Source of the DNA: Callorhinchus milii
Taxonomy: Eukaryota
Direction of reading: 5' to 3'
DNA length: 64,000 nt
Assembly: GCF_018977255.1 (NCBI RefSeq)
Contig: NW_024704742.1
Span: forward strand, 17,176,001-17,240,000
Shown: piece by piece, positions 25,311 to 37,935 of the stretch
How positions within the stretch are numbered: position 1 is the first letter of the stretch
How the letters are laid out: each line of letters begins with the position of its first letter
The notes under the pieces: model-generated
Database searches by the model: none
The model's input: the letters and a program-made list of their open reading frames with translations, nothing else
Told to the model about the DNA's origin: nothing
Translations under genes and position numbers: made by a program

Positions 25311-27730
25311 TTACATTTGTAAAGCGCCTTTCATGTTGGGAGGATGTCCCAATGTGCTGAACAGTCAGCGATCAGGAACCAAGTGTGTGGGGGCAAGGTT
25401 GGGATGAGGAAGCGCAGAGAAGTAGGAGGGCGGCCGAAGGCATGGTCGAAAAGGAGGGTCTTGAGTCGTGCCTTGAAGGAGGAAAGGGAGGGAGCAAGGC
25501 AAAGGGATTGTGGGATGGAGCTCCAAAGGGTGGGGGCAGAGAGGCTGAATGCCTGGACCCTGAAGGTAGGGCAAGTCAGGCAGCAGACATGGAGCAGCCA
25601 GGCAGCTGCTGAACGGAGGGAGTGGATAGGTTGATAGGGGATCAATAGCAGGTCAGAGAGGTAAGAGGGGGCAAGGCCATGGAGGACCTTGAAAGTGTGG
25701 ATGATGATTTTGAATTCTATCCTCTGAGGGATTGGGAGCCTGGTGCGGGAGAGGACACGAGCTGCAGAGTTCTGGATGGTCTACAGCTTGTGGAGGGAAG
25801 AGCTGGGGAGGCTGACAAGGAGGAAGTTTCCATAGCCGAGCCTTGAGGTGATGAATGAGTGTATGAGGGTTTCGGCGGCCTGAGGGCTGAGGCAGTGATG
25901 GAGTCGGGCAATGTTGCGGAGGTTGGGGAAGGCAGAGCAAGTCATGGCATGGATATGGGGGAGAAAGGACAGTTGAGGGTCAAACAAGATGCCCAAGTTC
26001 CTGACTGGCTTGGTGACATGGAGTGTGCAACCATGGATGCTGATGCTGTCAGTGCCTGAGGTTCAGAGGCACTGGCACAAGCCAATCAGAGGGACCTCAG
26101 ACTTACTGACCTTCAGCTGTAGAAAGTTGGCTCTCATCCAGGACTTGATGTATGACAGACAGTCTGTCAGCATGTCAGTTGTCCTGGAATCGAGAGTGGA
26201 GTCAGAGAGATAGAGTTGGGTGTCATCCACGTACACGTGGAAGTTGACCCCATATCTGCAGATGATGTCACCAAGAAGGAGCATGTAGATATTGAAGAGG
26301 AGGGGACTGAAGACAGAGCAGCAAGGAACACCTCACAAGACTGTGATGGGTCTGGAAGAGAAACCATTGAGGGAAATAAATTGGAGACAGTGTGATAGAT
26401 AAGATCTGAACCATTCAAGGACAGACCCTTGAAGGTTGAAGTGAAAGGGGAGGCGGTGGAGAAGGATGGAGTGGTCCATGGTAGGCAGCAGAGAGGTGAG
26501 GAGGCTGAGGAGGCAGAGGGAGTCCTGGTCACAGATGGACAAGAAGTCATTTATGACCTTGACCAGAGCAGTTTCCATGCTGTGAGCAGCACAGAAACCA
26601 GATTGGAGCGGCTTGTAAAGGGAGTGGTAGGAGAGAAAGGAGCGAAGCTGGGAAGCAACGAATCTTTCAAGGACCTTCAAAAGAAAAGGGAGGTTGGAGA
26701 TGGGCCAGTAGTTAGAAAGCAGGGATGGGTTCAGGGAAGGATAATTTCAGAATGGGGGTGATTATAGTTGTTATTCGGGGGATGGGAATGGTGCCAGATG
26801 ATAGGGAGAGATTGATGGTGTCGGAGCATAGAGGAACGAGGAGGTGGAGCTGGGAGGTAAGGAGAGGGGTGAGGATGGGGTCAAGACAGCAGGTGGTGTG
26901 TTTCATGCTGGATATAGTGGTGGTGAGAGAGGAGGGGGAGTCAGATTCAAAGATGTGGAGGGAGTGGTGGATGGAGGAGCTAGCTGATGGTGGAGAATAG
27001 GAACCTAGGGTTGTCCTTTGCCTCCAAGATTATCTTGGAGTAGAAGGATGATTTGGTGGAGGCGAGGGCAGAGCGGTACTTTTTGATGTGATCCAGATCT
27101 GCCGGTATACTATTACATCAGATTTGAGCCAGGTGTGTTTGGCAGCCCGCACCTGACCTTTGAGGGAGCGGAGATGGCTGGTGTACCAGGGTAAGGTTCA
27201 TGAATAGGAGGCAGTTCAAGAGGTGAGGGGGACAAGGGCATCAGGAGTGGTGGAGAGGGAGTTGTGGAGAAGAGTGAGCAAGGAGGATTAACCTGTGCGG
27301 CAGGTATGCCAGAGGGGAAAGATTTCAGATGACTCCAGGGCAGGCAAGAGGGATTGCAGGGAAATTTTTTTGCAGGGATGGTAGGAGATGAAGGATTGGT
27401 TTGGTGGCGGTGGGGAGAGGGATTTAGCAGTTAAGGGAGATGAAATGGTGATCTGAGATAGCTTTGTCTGATAGTGATATCCGAGACACTGAGGCCCCGG
27501 GTAATCACCAGGTTGAGTGGGTGACCATGAACCTGGGTGGCAGAGTGGATACGTTGGGAGAGGTTGTGAAAGGAGGAGAGGAGAGAGAAGTCCGAGGAGA
27601 TAGAGCAGGAGGGGGTAAAGTGAAGGTTGAAGTCACCAAGGATGAGGAGGCATTCAGAAGAAAGCCAAAAGGGAAGCTAAGTGGGTGGAGACATCAGAGA
27701 TGAAGGTGGGGAAGGTTTTTGGGGTGGGGG
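25311..27730 (-). mobile_element. Long frameshifted L2 LINE ORF2 remnant (reverse transcriptase region)
   Basis: Fragments [36 protein letters not shown] (YxDD), [15 protein letters not shown] in several frames. Confidence 0.9.
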
Positions 27731-28193
27731 AGTAAATGAGGACAGCTGCGGGTTGAATCTGACACAAGTACTTGCCCTCGGAGGGTTCAATGCTTCCCCA
27801 TAATAGCACTGCTTAGATTAGGAGTTCAAGCAGTTCAGAACCACTATAAGCAATTATTATGAATCCAACCACAACTTTGTTTCATAGGCAAAGGACACAC
27901 CTTATTGAATTACCTGTCAAGGATTCTCAATGATACCTTATTTCTCCTGGATTTGATGCTGTCTCTGTGCATTTTATTGTACAGTACCCGCTCTGAATTA
28001 ATTCCTTCCCTCTGGATTTTGCTGCGAGTTGCTGCCAACTATGTTGTCATTCCATCTGCAGTGTTTTGTTCCAAAGTTCCCCATTTTACTCAGAAAACGA
28101 GCATAAACTTCCCCAGAAAAGCTGCCGCCTTCGTAGGCTCGAGCACAGCTCTGGGGCTCGGATATTGCCGTCAGGCCTGAATTAAAGGGAAAA

Positions 28194-28253
28194 ATGATCA
28201 CACTATTCTTCTTCATCTGGTTGTCGAGCTCCATTTGGTTACAGACACTGGCG
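28194..28253 (+). CDS. Novel type I membrane protein, coding exon 1 (signal peptide MITLFFFIWLSSSIWLQTLA)
   Basis: AAAATG start with in-frame upstream TAG (28134-28136); 20 mostly hydrophobic codons; strong donor GCG|GTAAGT in phase 0, matching the phase-0 acceptor at 37096. Confidence 0.7.
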
Positions 28254-29380
28254 GTAAGTTATTTAATGATTTCTTTTCATTAGTTCAAATATTTTAACCA
28301 GTTACTTGCACACACACACACACTGTTGTATTTTCAGTGGCTCAGTGTGTTGAAAAAGTTTCCTTTTGCCTCTGAGTTCCAGGTTCAGAGACAGTACACA
28401 CACTGATGGGGTTGAAGTGTTCGCTCTCTCTGTTTGTTCTTGAATCATAATTGCATTGAGTCAGGGAGCAAGTTATGTGGGGCAATGTTGATTACACCCC
28501 ATTTTTATTTAGGGAAGCAGTTTACACAATTTCCTGCACTCTTATTGTTCGGAAACCATGGATTTACTCAGTATATTCCGGTCTTGATGTGAATCATGTC
28601 CCTGTACAATTTATTGCGAAACCTCAACACTGTAATGACGTCCAGACTGATGTAATTAATATAGAGGAGGGGTAGATTTCATCTGTGGAGGATAGTGACC
28701 AAGGTTTAATAGTGGCGAGGTGGCGATGGAGTTATAACTGTGAAATATTACTTACGCTGAGCTTTCTGTATTTGGGAACTAGTTTTTCATCCTGGGAAAG
28801 AAGTGGACTTGATTTGTTAAATGACCTTCTCTTTGTCTCCCAATGGATCAACTTCAAGGTTTTTTACCCTCACCGACAAATCCATTTGCCCGCCAGCATC
28901 TCCGAGTGACTCTGATTGTCTCTGATCTTCTCCCACCCTACTCCTCTGCTCTCTCTGACTTCTGGAACTCGCACCCTCAGCCCTTGTGTCTCATCCCCTT
29001 TCCACCTGTCTTCAAGTCCAACCTTATAATCTACCTCCTCTGTGGATTATAACACAACTGTGGTCACCTCCGCCTTCCCTCTTTTCCTCATCCCCCTCCC
29101 CCCCACCCACTCAAAGTTCTTCCCCACCACTGTGAAGTCTTTGAGCTATTATTCTATGTGAAGGATGCTATATAAATGCAAATTGTTACTGTTTATATAC
29201 TTAATGTGTCACACACTGATGGTAAAGTCCCAGGAGGCACAGTCATTAAGGTCTGGACACAGTGGAGGCACAAAACCCAGCAGCAAATGGGATTCCTTGG
29301 GAGTGAAAACTTGCTTAAATGTGTAAATCTTTAATGGAACTTGTTGAACTAAATCAAGCATATATTCTAAACAATACATA

Positions 29381-29960
29381 TCATAGAATTATACAGCACA
29401 GAAAGAGGCCATTCGGTCCATCGTGTCTGTACCGGCTCTTTGAACAGAGCTATCAAATTCAATCCCACTCCCCTGTTCTTTCTCCATAGCCCTGCAAACT
29501 TGTCAGCCCCAAATAATTATCTACATCTCTTTTAAAAGTTGTTATCGAATCAGCTTCCACCACCCTTTCAGGCAATGCATTCCAGATCCAAACAACTCGC
29601 TGTGAAAAAATGTCTCCTCATCTCCTTGCTGTTTCTTTCAACAACTATTTTAAATCGGTGTCCTTGGGTTACTGACCCACCCGCCAGTGGAAATAGTTTC
29701 TCCTTATTCACCCTATCAAATTCCTTCATAATTTTGAAAATTTCTATTAAGTCTCCTCTTAACCTTCTCTGCTCCAAGGAGAATAATCTTAGCTTCTCTA
29801 GCCTCTCCTGATAACTAAAGTCCCTCAGTCCTGGTACCATCCTGGTAAATCTCCTTTGCACCCTCTCCAGTGCCTTGACATTCTTCCTAAAGTGTGGTGC
29901 CCAGACCTGAACACAGTACTTTAGCTGAGGCCTAACCAGTGTTTTATAAAGGTTCATTAT
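29381..29960 (-). mobile_element. CR1 LINE 3' fragment
   Basis: LYKTLVRPQLKYCVQVWAP..LERVQRRFTRM..LFSLEQRRLRGDLIEIFKI is the typical CR1 ORF2 C-terminus. Confidence 0.92.
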
Positions 29961-31738
29961 AACTTTTTTTTAATGCATCATACATATTTTAATAATTCAG
30001 TTTTTACATAGCATTAGCAAGTTAAAAATCCCTCATGTATGATAATGAAATGAGTTGCAAAACAGTTGCTTCATACTTCATTTACAAACTCAATTTTGCT
30101 TAAATTGCTGCTACATAAATAAAAACACATTGCCGTAAAGTACAATTTCAGCAAGCACGATTACTAAAGACACCTTTGACAACCATAAAAATTAAAACAG
30201 TCATAAATAATCTAAAAGCCACGTATAATATAGAAAAGTATGACAAGAGACTTATTAATCTTACATTTGCGTCTCTGTGTCAAGCTGTATGGATTCATTC
30301 TATGCAGCATCTGTAAACATGTTTTCTCCCAACTTTCAAAACAAGGCAGATACATGAATGAGTTGTAGTCTCCACAGAGAACATACAATGAGACACTTAA
30401 TATAGGGTTCGCATTACTGCAAACTAATGATTTTAAAGAACATCTGCATTTCTCACATTTGGTATCAATGCACATGGTCCGAGTTACAGAGGATCGGCAA
30501 CAAGTTGTTCGCTTCACATCTGGCAAACACTAACATCACAAAGCAAAGAAAAACAAAAAAATTATTGAATGTAACATTGAGGGTAAATGTTTGGCTCTTT
30601 CCGATGATTTACAAAGGGTGTTCAGCATGGAAACAGGTCAATCAGCCAAACTAGTCTGTGCCGATGTTTACACTCCACATGAGTCTCCACCCACTCCTTA
30701 CCCCATCCCATACCCTTCTAACATCTTCTCCCTCATGTGTATTTCTAGCTTCCTGTTAAAAGCATCTAAACTATCCGGGTCAACCTCTATTTCGGATAGC
30801 AACTTTACCCTCACCACCCTCTCTGTGAAGAAGATCCTCCTAATTTCTCTTTTAGATGAACGGATAAGACATTAAGCCATCTTGGCTGACACTCCAATGC
30901 AGTGCTGGCAGAGTATTGCAATGTCAGAGGTGCAATCCTTCATATGAGATTTTAAATTGAGGTCCCACTGTCTGTTCAACAACAACAACAACTTGCATTT
31001 ATATAGCGCCCTTCACACCAGGTGACGTTCAGGTGAACGTTAAAGATCCTAAGGTAAAGGGAAGGGAGTTTCTCCCAGTGTTGTGGCAAAGAATCCCCCA
31101 GATAACAAAATGGTCATTCACTTCATGGTTGTTTGTGGGACATTGCTGTGTGCAAAATCGCTTCTGGATTCACCCACAAAATACATAGCAGGCAAAATAC
31201 TACACTTTACAGTAAATTCTGGGAAGCGCTTTGAGACAGCCTCTTGATGTGAAAGCCTCCTGAGACAGCCTCTTGTGTTCGCCCATAAATATACGGTCAA
31301 TTCACTTTACAGTCTATTCTGTGAAGCGCTTTGAGATGTCAAGAAGACATGAAAAGTGCTATATCAAATGCAAGGATTATTATTATAAGGTGCTATAGCA
31401 AATGCAAGGATTATTATTTATATGAGTGATAGAAGATGAACAGGTCACTTCTGAGCTGAATATTGCAAAGCACTGAAAAAACACATCTCATCTCCTTCAT
31501 GCTGACAGCTGGTGCCAAAATTTGAACAGCGTTACATTCCTTAATATTTCAAAGATTTCAAAGTGGCACTTTTATTATGTTGCAGAGTCTAATTGCAGAG
31601 TCTCTTCCATCGTGCCTTTATGTTATTATGTTATCTCTTATTTCCCTGTTCAGTGCCCACCCTTTGTAGACCATTTTGAGACATTCTTTCACTTGAAAGC
31701 TGCCATATAAATGTAAGCTGCTGTTATTCACTGCTCGT

Positions 31739-32106
31739 GGATTCCTGTAGCTTAGTGGTTAGATTACTTGCTTTGCAAGCGAGAGGATCTAGGTTTGATT
31801 TCCACCAGGGCAAAGCGTTGGGCAAGTTTCCTTACTCAACACGCCTCTGTTCACCTGGTTGTTAGTCGATTGGTGGATCGCTTTTCTGGGGGTAATAATC
31901 CCTTCCAAAATAAAAAAATAATAATAATTTGGTCACTCAGACCACAACTGTTTGTGGGAGACTGCCATGCGCAATTGGCTGCTACATTTTACCCACAAAA
32001 TATACAGTCAATTCACTTTGCAGTATATTCTGTGAAGCGCTTTGAGATGTATCGAAGGTTTGATCAGGCTGTTATATCAAATGCAAGGATTATTATTATT
32101 ATTATT
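31739..32106 (+). mobile_element. Full-length tRNA/Deu SINE
   Basis: Head, core and (TTA)n tail present. Confidence 0.85.
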
Positions 32107-35100
32107 TGGAAGAGATCACAATAGAGGTTCAGATGAAAAAGGCCTCTTGACCCCTTTGCTTATTGGGAAGACAGTAGGATCAGTATTCTTCTATTCTTCC
32201 TACAGCATCAAGCTGTTTCTTAAATGAGTCCAGTAATCTGGTCTCTACACCCTTCCTATTACCCCTTTCTGGCTCTTTACTATCCCCCCATCCAAAGTAA
32301 TACTTCCTGATGCCTGTTCCTGAAATTGCCCATCAAAATTCAGAATTTAGTCCCTCTTGTCCTGCCACTTTGGCATATCTGAAAGTATTTTTCTGAAGTC
32401 ACTTTCTGAAACCTATATGGCAACAACAACAACTTGCATTTATAATAGTGCACTGCATATAGGATGACATCTTGGAGCGCTGTGCAGCAACAGTGTTGGA
32501 CACCAAGCAAGGAAGTGGGAGCTCGCCTTATGTAGTACGATATAACATTGATTTCATTTCTAATCAATTATACTTTAAGCATTTCGAAGACATTTAAATT
32601 TTCAAAGGTGCTATAAAAATGTGAGTCATACTGTATTGTATTATGAAATCTTACATACCTCTAAACAATTCACTGTGAGATATTTATCTTCAAAGATGAA
32701 GCCCAAACTTATTGGCTGGTTGTTCTTTTTGTTATGCTTTGTTCTTCAACAAAAATAGTTTTCTGATGCATCATTTAATTATTTACTCACCTACAAAATT
32801 CATAGTCATATTATAAATAAATCTAGTGGAGAGCTTTGAGTTGTCCTCTGATGTGAAAAGTGCAATATTAAATGCAAAAGATTATTATTACCATTTAACT
32901 TCTTGTCCTGATACGTTGGTAAAATTGAAACTAAGATTCGGGGTTAATTTTTTCATATTTAGCAGTTTTTATATCTCTTTGATAGCCACTCTGATATTAT
33001 TATAAATGGGTGCTTTTAAATTTTTCCTTGCCTGCATGATAGGGAGTAGCTTTCACAGGGGCAGCCTGAGGTGCATTGGTGCAGAGAGGTGTACAAACAT
33101 TGTTGCGTTGCTATGCTTTACATTTTGGTTAGCTGTTAGTAACAAAATTGAAAACGTCTGTTGCGAATTTGAACAGAACTATTCCCCAATGTAACAGTCT
33201 GGGCCTAAACCTTTTGGCAGATTCATAGGGTAGTAGGCCAAGATCAGACTCATGGCAAAAATGAGCAACTGTTATAATAATAATGATCCTTACATTCGCT
33301 ATAGCTCTTTTCACATCAAGAGAACATCTCAAAGCGCTTCACAGAATATACTGTGTGTTTTGTGGGCAAACATAGGAGCCAATTTGCAGACAGCAATGTC
33401 CCAGAGCCAGCCATGAAATGAATAACCAATTTTATTTGAAGGATTGTTGGCCAGAACACCAGGAGAAACGCCCTTCTCTATTTTTGAGTTTAACTGTTAG
33501 AAAAAAAGGTTGTACTCTGTACTAAAGAGGTTTTTGCAGAAATACAGATAAAAAGGGCTTGACGTCCTTTTGATCTCTTGTTTCCATAATATGTCGAAGT
33601 GTCATTCATCACATCTCGATGGAAAAGCGTGGGCAGGGTAGTGGTGGTGGTGGTGGTGGTGGGGGAGGATGCGGGTAAGGGTAAGGAGGGGAAACGTATC
33701 TTTTAACAATGGTTGTGAAGGTGATGACTGCTGTGGTGTTGTGGCAAGTCTGTTGTGTGAACTTTAACCCATGAAAGATGCCTTCCTGTATCTGGCTATT
33801 GCCAGCTTCCTAGATACTTGACATGTGGGCAGTAGATAATAGACAAGATGGAATTCATAGGACATTTGACTATGAATCAGGGGAGGGCTGTAGAATATTC
33901 TACCCGATAGCTTTGTTCTGATTTTTCTGTGTTTTACTTATCTAAAACTGTATCTTCAGAGCTTTCACACTTTTATTACAAATCTGACTCTTTGTTCAGT
34001 TAAGTTCTGTTCGTTTTCCCAACATAAAGCAAATGTATTTGTTTCTGCTCCTTTTTTAACCTTGTGTTTTAGTTTCATGACTGTCAGCTCTCAAGTACCT
34101 CACCCATTAAGCCAGTTGCAGTTTATTAGGTCTTAACAGATCCTTTAATCCCTGTCCTCTCATCATCTCTCTCCTAGCCAAGTATCTGCCTATCCCTCTT
34201 TTAAATATCCCTATTTATTATACCTCTACGGCTTTCTGGGGCAGAGTTTTTGACATATACATAACCTTCTGTGTGAAGAAACACTTCCTGACTTCAGTTC
34301 TAACTCTCTTACCTGTTTTAATATTGACAATGTGTTCCCCTTGCAATGGATCCCTCTCCCAGAGTAATCAAACAGATTCTTCCTGTTTGAGTCTACGCAG
34401 TGGTTGGAAGCAGGTTATTCGAACATGGAGGTAAAGTCAATAAAATCACAGCCAATGTCCCCTTTTACACATGTTCTGGCAAGGGCCAATGGCTGGCAAT
34501 CAGGAGTAAGAACCCTGGTTTATCTTTCACTTCTAAGATCAGAGGCACTGAAGCAAATTATAGCATTCCTACATCCCAATCCCAACTGAGAATAAGTAAC
34601 TCAGTGAAATGGCTACTTATTAAATCTATTAATAGTCATAAGTGACAAAAAAAATGTTTAAATGTTTTGTGTTACAGGAAAAGTGCATTACCCGAGAAAA
34701 TTATTTAACATTATTTGCCAGCCCCAAATTCCAGGTAGCTTCAGAGCTTCAGTGCTCCCACTATTCTGAGCCACACAAGCCTTCAGTCATACATTAATTG
34801 TCAGCTTGCTTCAATTTGTAACAAGCTTGCCTCTGGGTCAAAATGTTTAAGCCCAACATTGGGAACTGAGACTCATAATCCAGGCCGACACGGCAGAGCA
34901 CCATCATTGCATTGCTAGAGATATTAAACTAAGGTCCTATCTGCATATTAATCAGGTCAATGTTATGGCACTATTCAAAAAGAGGAGGGAGTTTTCCTGA
35001 TGTCCTGGCCAACAATCCTCCAGATAAATTGGTCATTCATCTCAATGCTGTTTGCGAGACTTTGCCATTTGCAAAATGGTTGTTGCATTTGCCTACAAAT

Positions 35101-35631
35101 ACAGTGAGATTAATGGCTTGGAAAGGATTTTGTTGTTACGGATGCTATAAAAATACCAGTTCTTTCTTTTCTTTCTGCATAACCTCAAAATCTCAGGAGA
35201 GATCAGCCAATTAGGTGGCTTGTTAGCCCAGCCTCTCCTTCCAGATGTTCCAGTGTCACTTTGAAAGGCTCAGAAGTTAACACTTGGAAAACTTTTGAAC
35301 TTGCTGCTCTTCTGAATCTAACACAGTTACATTTTAGCGAGGAGACACCATGTACACAATGAATCTTTGACCTTCCTAGTGATGGCAGGGCAGCAGGGAA
35401 TCTCAACCTGGGTCTCAATAACTTGAATATGGTAACATGGCAACATAAAAATAATGCAGAAAAATGTGTATAAAAATGTGTATACCCATTTCAATCATAA
35501 AGGATGTTGGGCTTCTTGCCAGTGATTCATGAATGAACTCACCAGAGACCCACTTCTTTCAGAGACGTTAGTTTGTGCTAATGTGGGTTCCTACACTCTG
35601 ATTAAAACTTTATGAAGGATTATTTTACAAA

Positions 35632-36089
35632 GGCCCCATCCCCCAGAGGATCGAATTTAAGATCCTCATCCTCACCTACAAGGCCATTCACGGCCTTGCT
35701 CCCTCCGACCTCTCCGACCTACTATTCCCCTACTTACCTGCCTGTACCCTCCGTTCCTCTGGCTCCGGTCTGCTCAATATCCCCCGCCCTAACCACCCTA
35801 CCATCGGTGGTCGGGCTTTCAGCCTCTCAGCCCCGAGGCTCTGGAACTCCATCCTACAGTGCCTTCGCCGCCTCCTCCCTTTCCTCCTTCAAGGCCGGTC
35901 TCAAGACCTTTCTCTTTGACCGTGCCTTCAACTTCCCTCTCGACTCTCTACCCACTCCTCGCTCCCTTCCTTCCCTCCCCTCACCCTGACCATTTCCCCC
36001 TTGCTCGGGTCCCGACCCAACTGTCCAGTGCCCTGGGACGTCTTCCTGACGTGAAAGGCGCTCTATAAATGAAATCTTGTTGTTGTTGT
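35632..36089 (+). mobile_element. Young 5'-truncated L2 LINE
   Basis: Highly similar to 20155-20688; (TTG)n tail. Confidence 0.9.
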
Positions 36090-37095
36090 ATGAACTACAG
36101 GTGTACCTGGCTCATGACCCCATTTTCTGAGAGGTTCATTTTGGTTTATGCACTTTCGGTCATCTTCCCCCTCCCCACCCCTCGGCTCCCACCCGTAGTT
36201 CAGGTGCCCATCCACACTATAAAGCATTTTGAGACACCTTTCCGATAAGCACAGATCATAGGTCCAACCTTGGATCTATCAGGTCAATATGGTTGAGTTT
36301 CACTCCAGACAGCGACTTAACCAGCTGTATCTTTGGGGAACACTAGTTTTGTCTTACTCCATGAATGTTCTGAATAGATGCATCAGTTCCTCAAATTTAG
36401 CTGCTCCACTTTCTAGCTTTCATCTTTAGAAAGCCAAAGGAAGGCACATTTACAAATATTATACCAAAGAACATATTCTGATACTTAGAAAGTTGTTTAC
36501 ATGCACACTATTTTAAATAGAAAGGCCAATAATAGTGTCAAAAAGTTTAATTCACAGGGGTAGGAAGCTAACTGGTCTTACTACTTTCTGGGATTAGATG
36601 AACAGGGTGGATCCTTGTGGAGAGAGAGTTCACAACAGATAATTGTAATTACGAAAACACATCAAAGTATAAAAAATATAAAAAGTTTAAAAAATCGTCT
36701 GGGGAGTGTACAAGAGGAGAAGGTATGTCACTCTCTGGTATTTGTTTCCACACTCTGTCTTTCTATATTGTCAGCTTTCAGAAATCACAATTAGCCACTT
36801 TGTGAATATCATAAGTTAGATCACATGTTGTTATTTAAACCAAAGTAAACGTCAGTTTGTAATGATTGAATTCACCAACACTCCTCACTGTTCAGTGTGA
36901 CTGTGACAACTCAGAGTCATTGCCATGTTTAATGCAGACTTGCAGTTAATTCAGCCTTCACAAAAGCCTTGTGTTTCCAGGCAGCCAAGTGTTTGTAGAC
37001 TTTCATATTATATATTGCATTATATTTTTGTTTCAAGCTGCAGTTGACATGCTTCCTCTGAATTAAGACCAGGTTTGTCTATTTCCTTCTGCTAG

Positions 37096-37257
37096 GTACC
37101 AGTGAGCGCGCAACCAAGCACTGGCGATGAAGGAGAAGCTGATTCACATACTCTTCAGACTTATTTAGTGGCTGTTCTTGTCCTTCTGATAGTAGTGTTG
37201 CTCGTCTGTGTTGCAGCAATTTGCGGAGTTGCTCTCATCTACTTCAAACTCAACCAG
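37096..37257 (+). CDS. Novel type I membrane protein, coding exon 2 (short ectodomain and TM helix)
   Basis: Acceptor TTTCCTTCTGCTAG|GTA, donor CAG|GTATTC; 162 nt, phase 0-0; encodes VPVSAQPSTGDEGEADSHTLQTYLVAVLVLLIVVLLVCVAAICGVALIYFKLNQ. Confidence 0.85.
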
Positions 37258-37559
37258 GTATTCTTCATTGTTAGTTATTACATGTGTCCAAACAAAACAG
37301 GCAAGGAGACTAAAATCTTTAGAAAATCAAAAAAGAAAGCTTGGGTTATTCCTCTGCAGGAGAAGGACATTCAGGGTACAAGCAGGTGAAAGGGCTCTAT
37401 CTTGCACATCTGCACAACATTATTTCCACTATTGTGAGAAATACTACAGGAACCCTACTATGAGCCAGTGACTTCAGAAGAAAAATATTTAAGAAAGCTA
37501 TCGAGGTCATTTCGTTATAAATTCGACCATTGATGTTCTTTTACAAGTCAACTCTCTCA

Positions 37560-37847
37560 GGCAGGGTGAAACCTTAGGCAAATTTCCTTACTCCACACAT
37601 CTCTGTTTACCCAGCAGGAACCTGGTTATTAGTCGATTGGCGGATCGCTTTCCGTTGGTAATAATCCCGTCAACATTTTTTTTAAGAAATAAAGATAATA
37701 ATTTAGTGATTCAATTCGTGACTGTTTGTGGGACACTGCTGTGCACAATTGGCTATCGCGTTTTGCCCAGAAAAGATACAGTCAATTCAGTTGAGAAGTC
37801 TCAACGTGATAAGGAGCTATATCAAAAGCAAGGATTACTATTATTAT
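37560..37847 (+). mobile_element. 5'-truncated SINE in intron 2 of the novel gene
   Basis: SINE body, core and tail. Confidence 0.8.
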
Positions 37848-37935
37848 TGAGAAGAGCCTTTAGCTGCACTTTGACAGATTGAGCCACGTTTTTGAGTGTT
37901 GTGCAGAAAACTCTATTTAATTTGGTTTGTTTCAG

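Noticed and set aside
25311..27730. Intact or domesticated reverse transcriptase (also 50900-53280)
   Set aside because: Multiple frameshifts, stops and deletions; ordinary dead L2 copies.
32696..32758. Signal-peptide-like mini ORF MKPKLIGWLFFLLCFVLQQK
   Set aside because: Ends in TAG with no splice donor, so it cannot join the TM exon.
37258..37389. Read-through of the TM exon ORF (VFFIVSYY..GTSR)
   Set aside because: Best explained as intron after CAG|GTATTC; an intron-retained short isoform is possible but unsupported.
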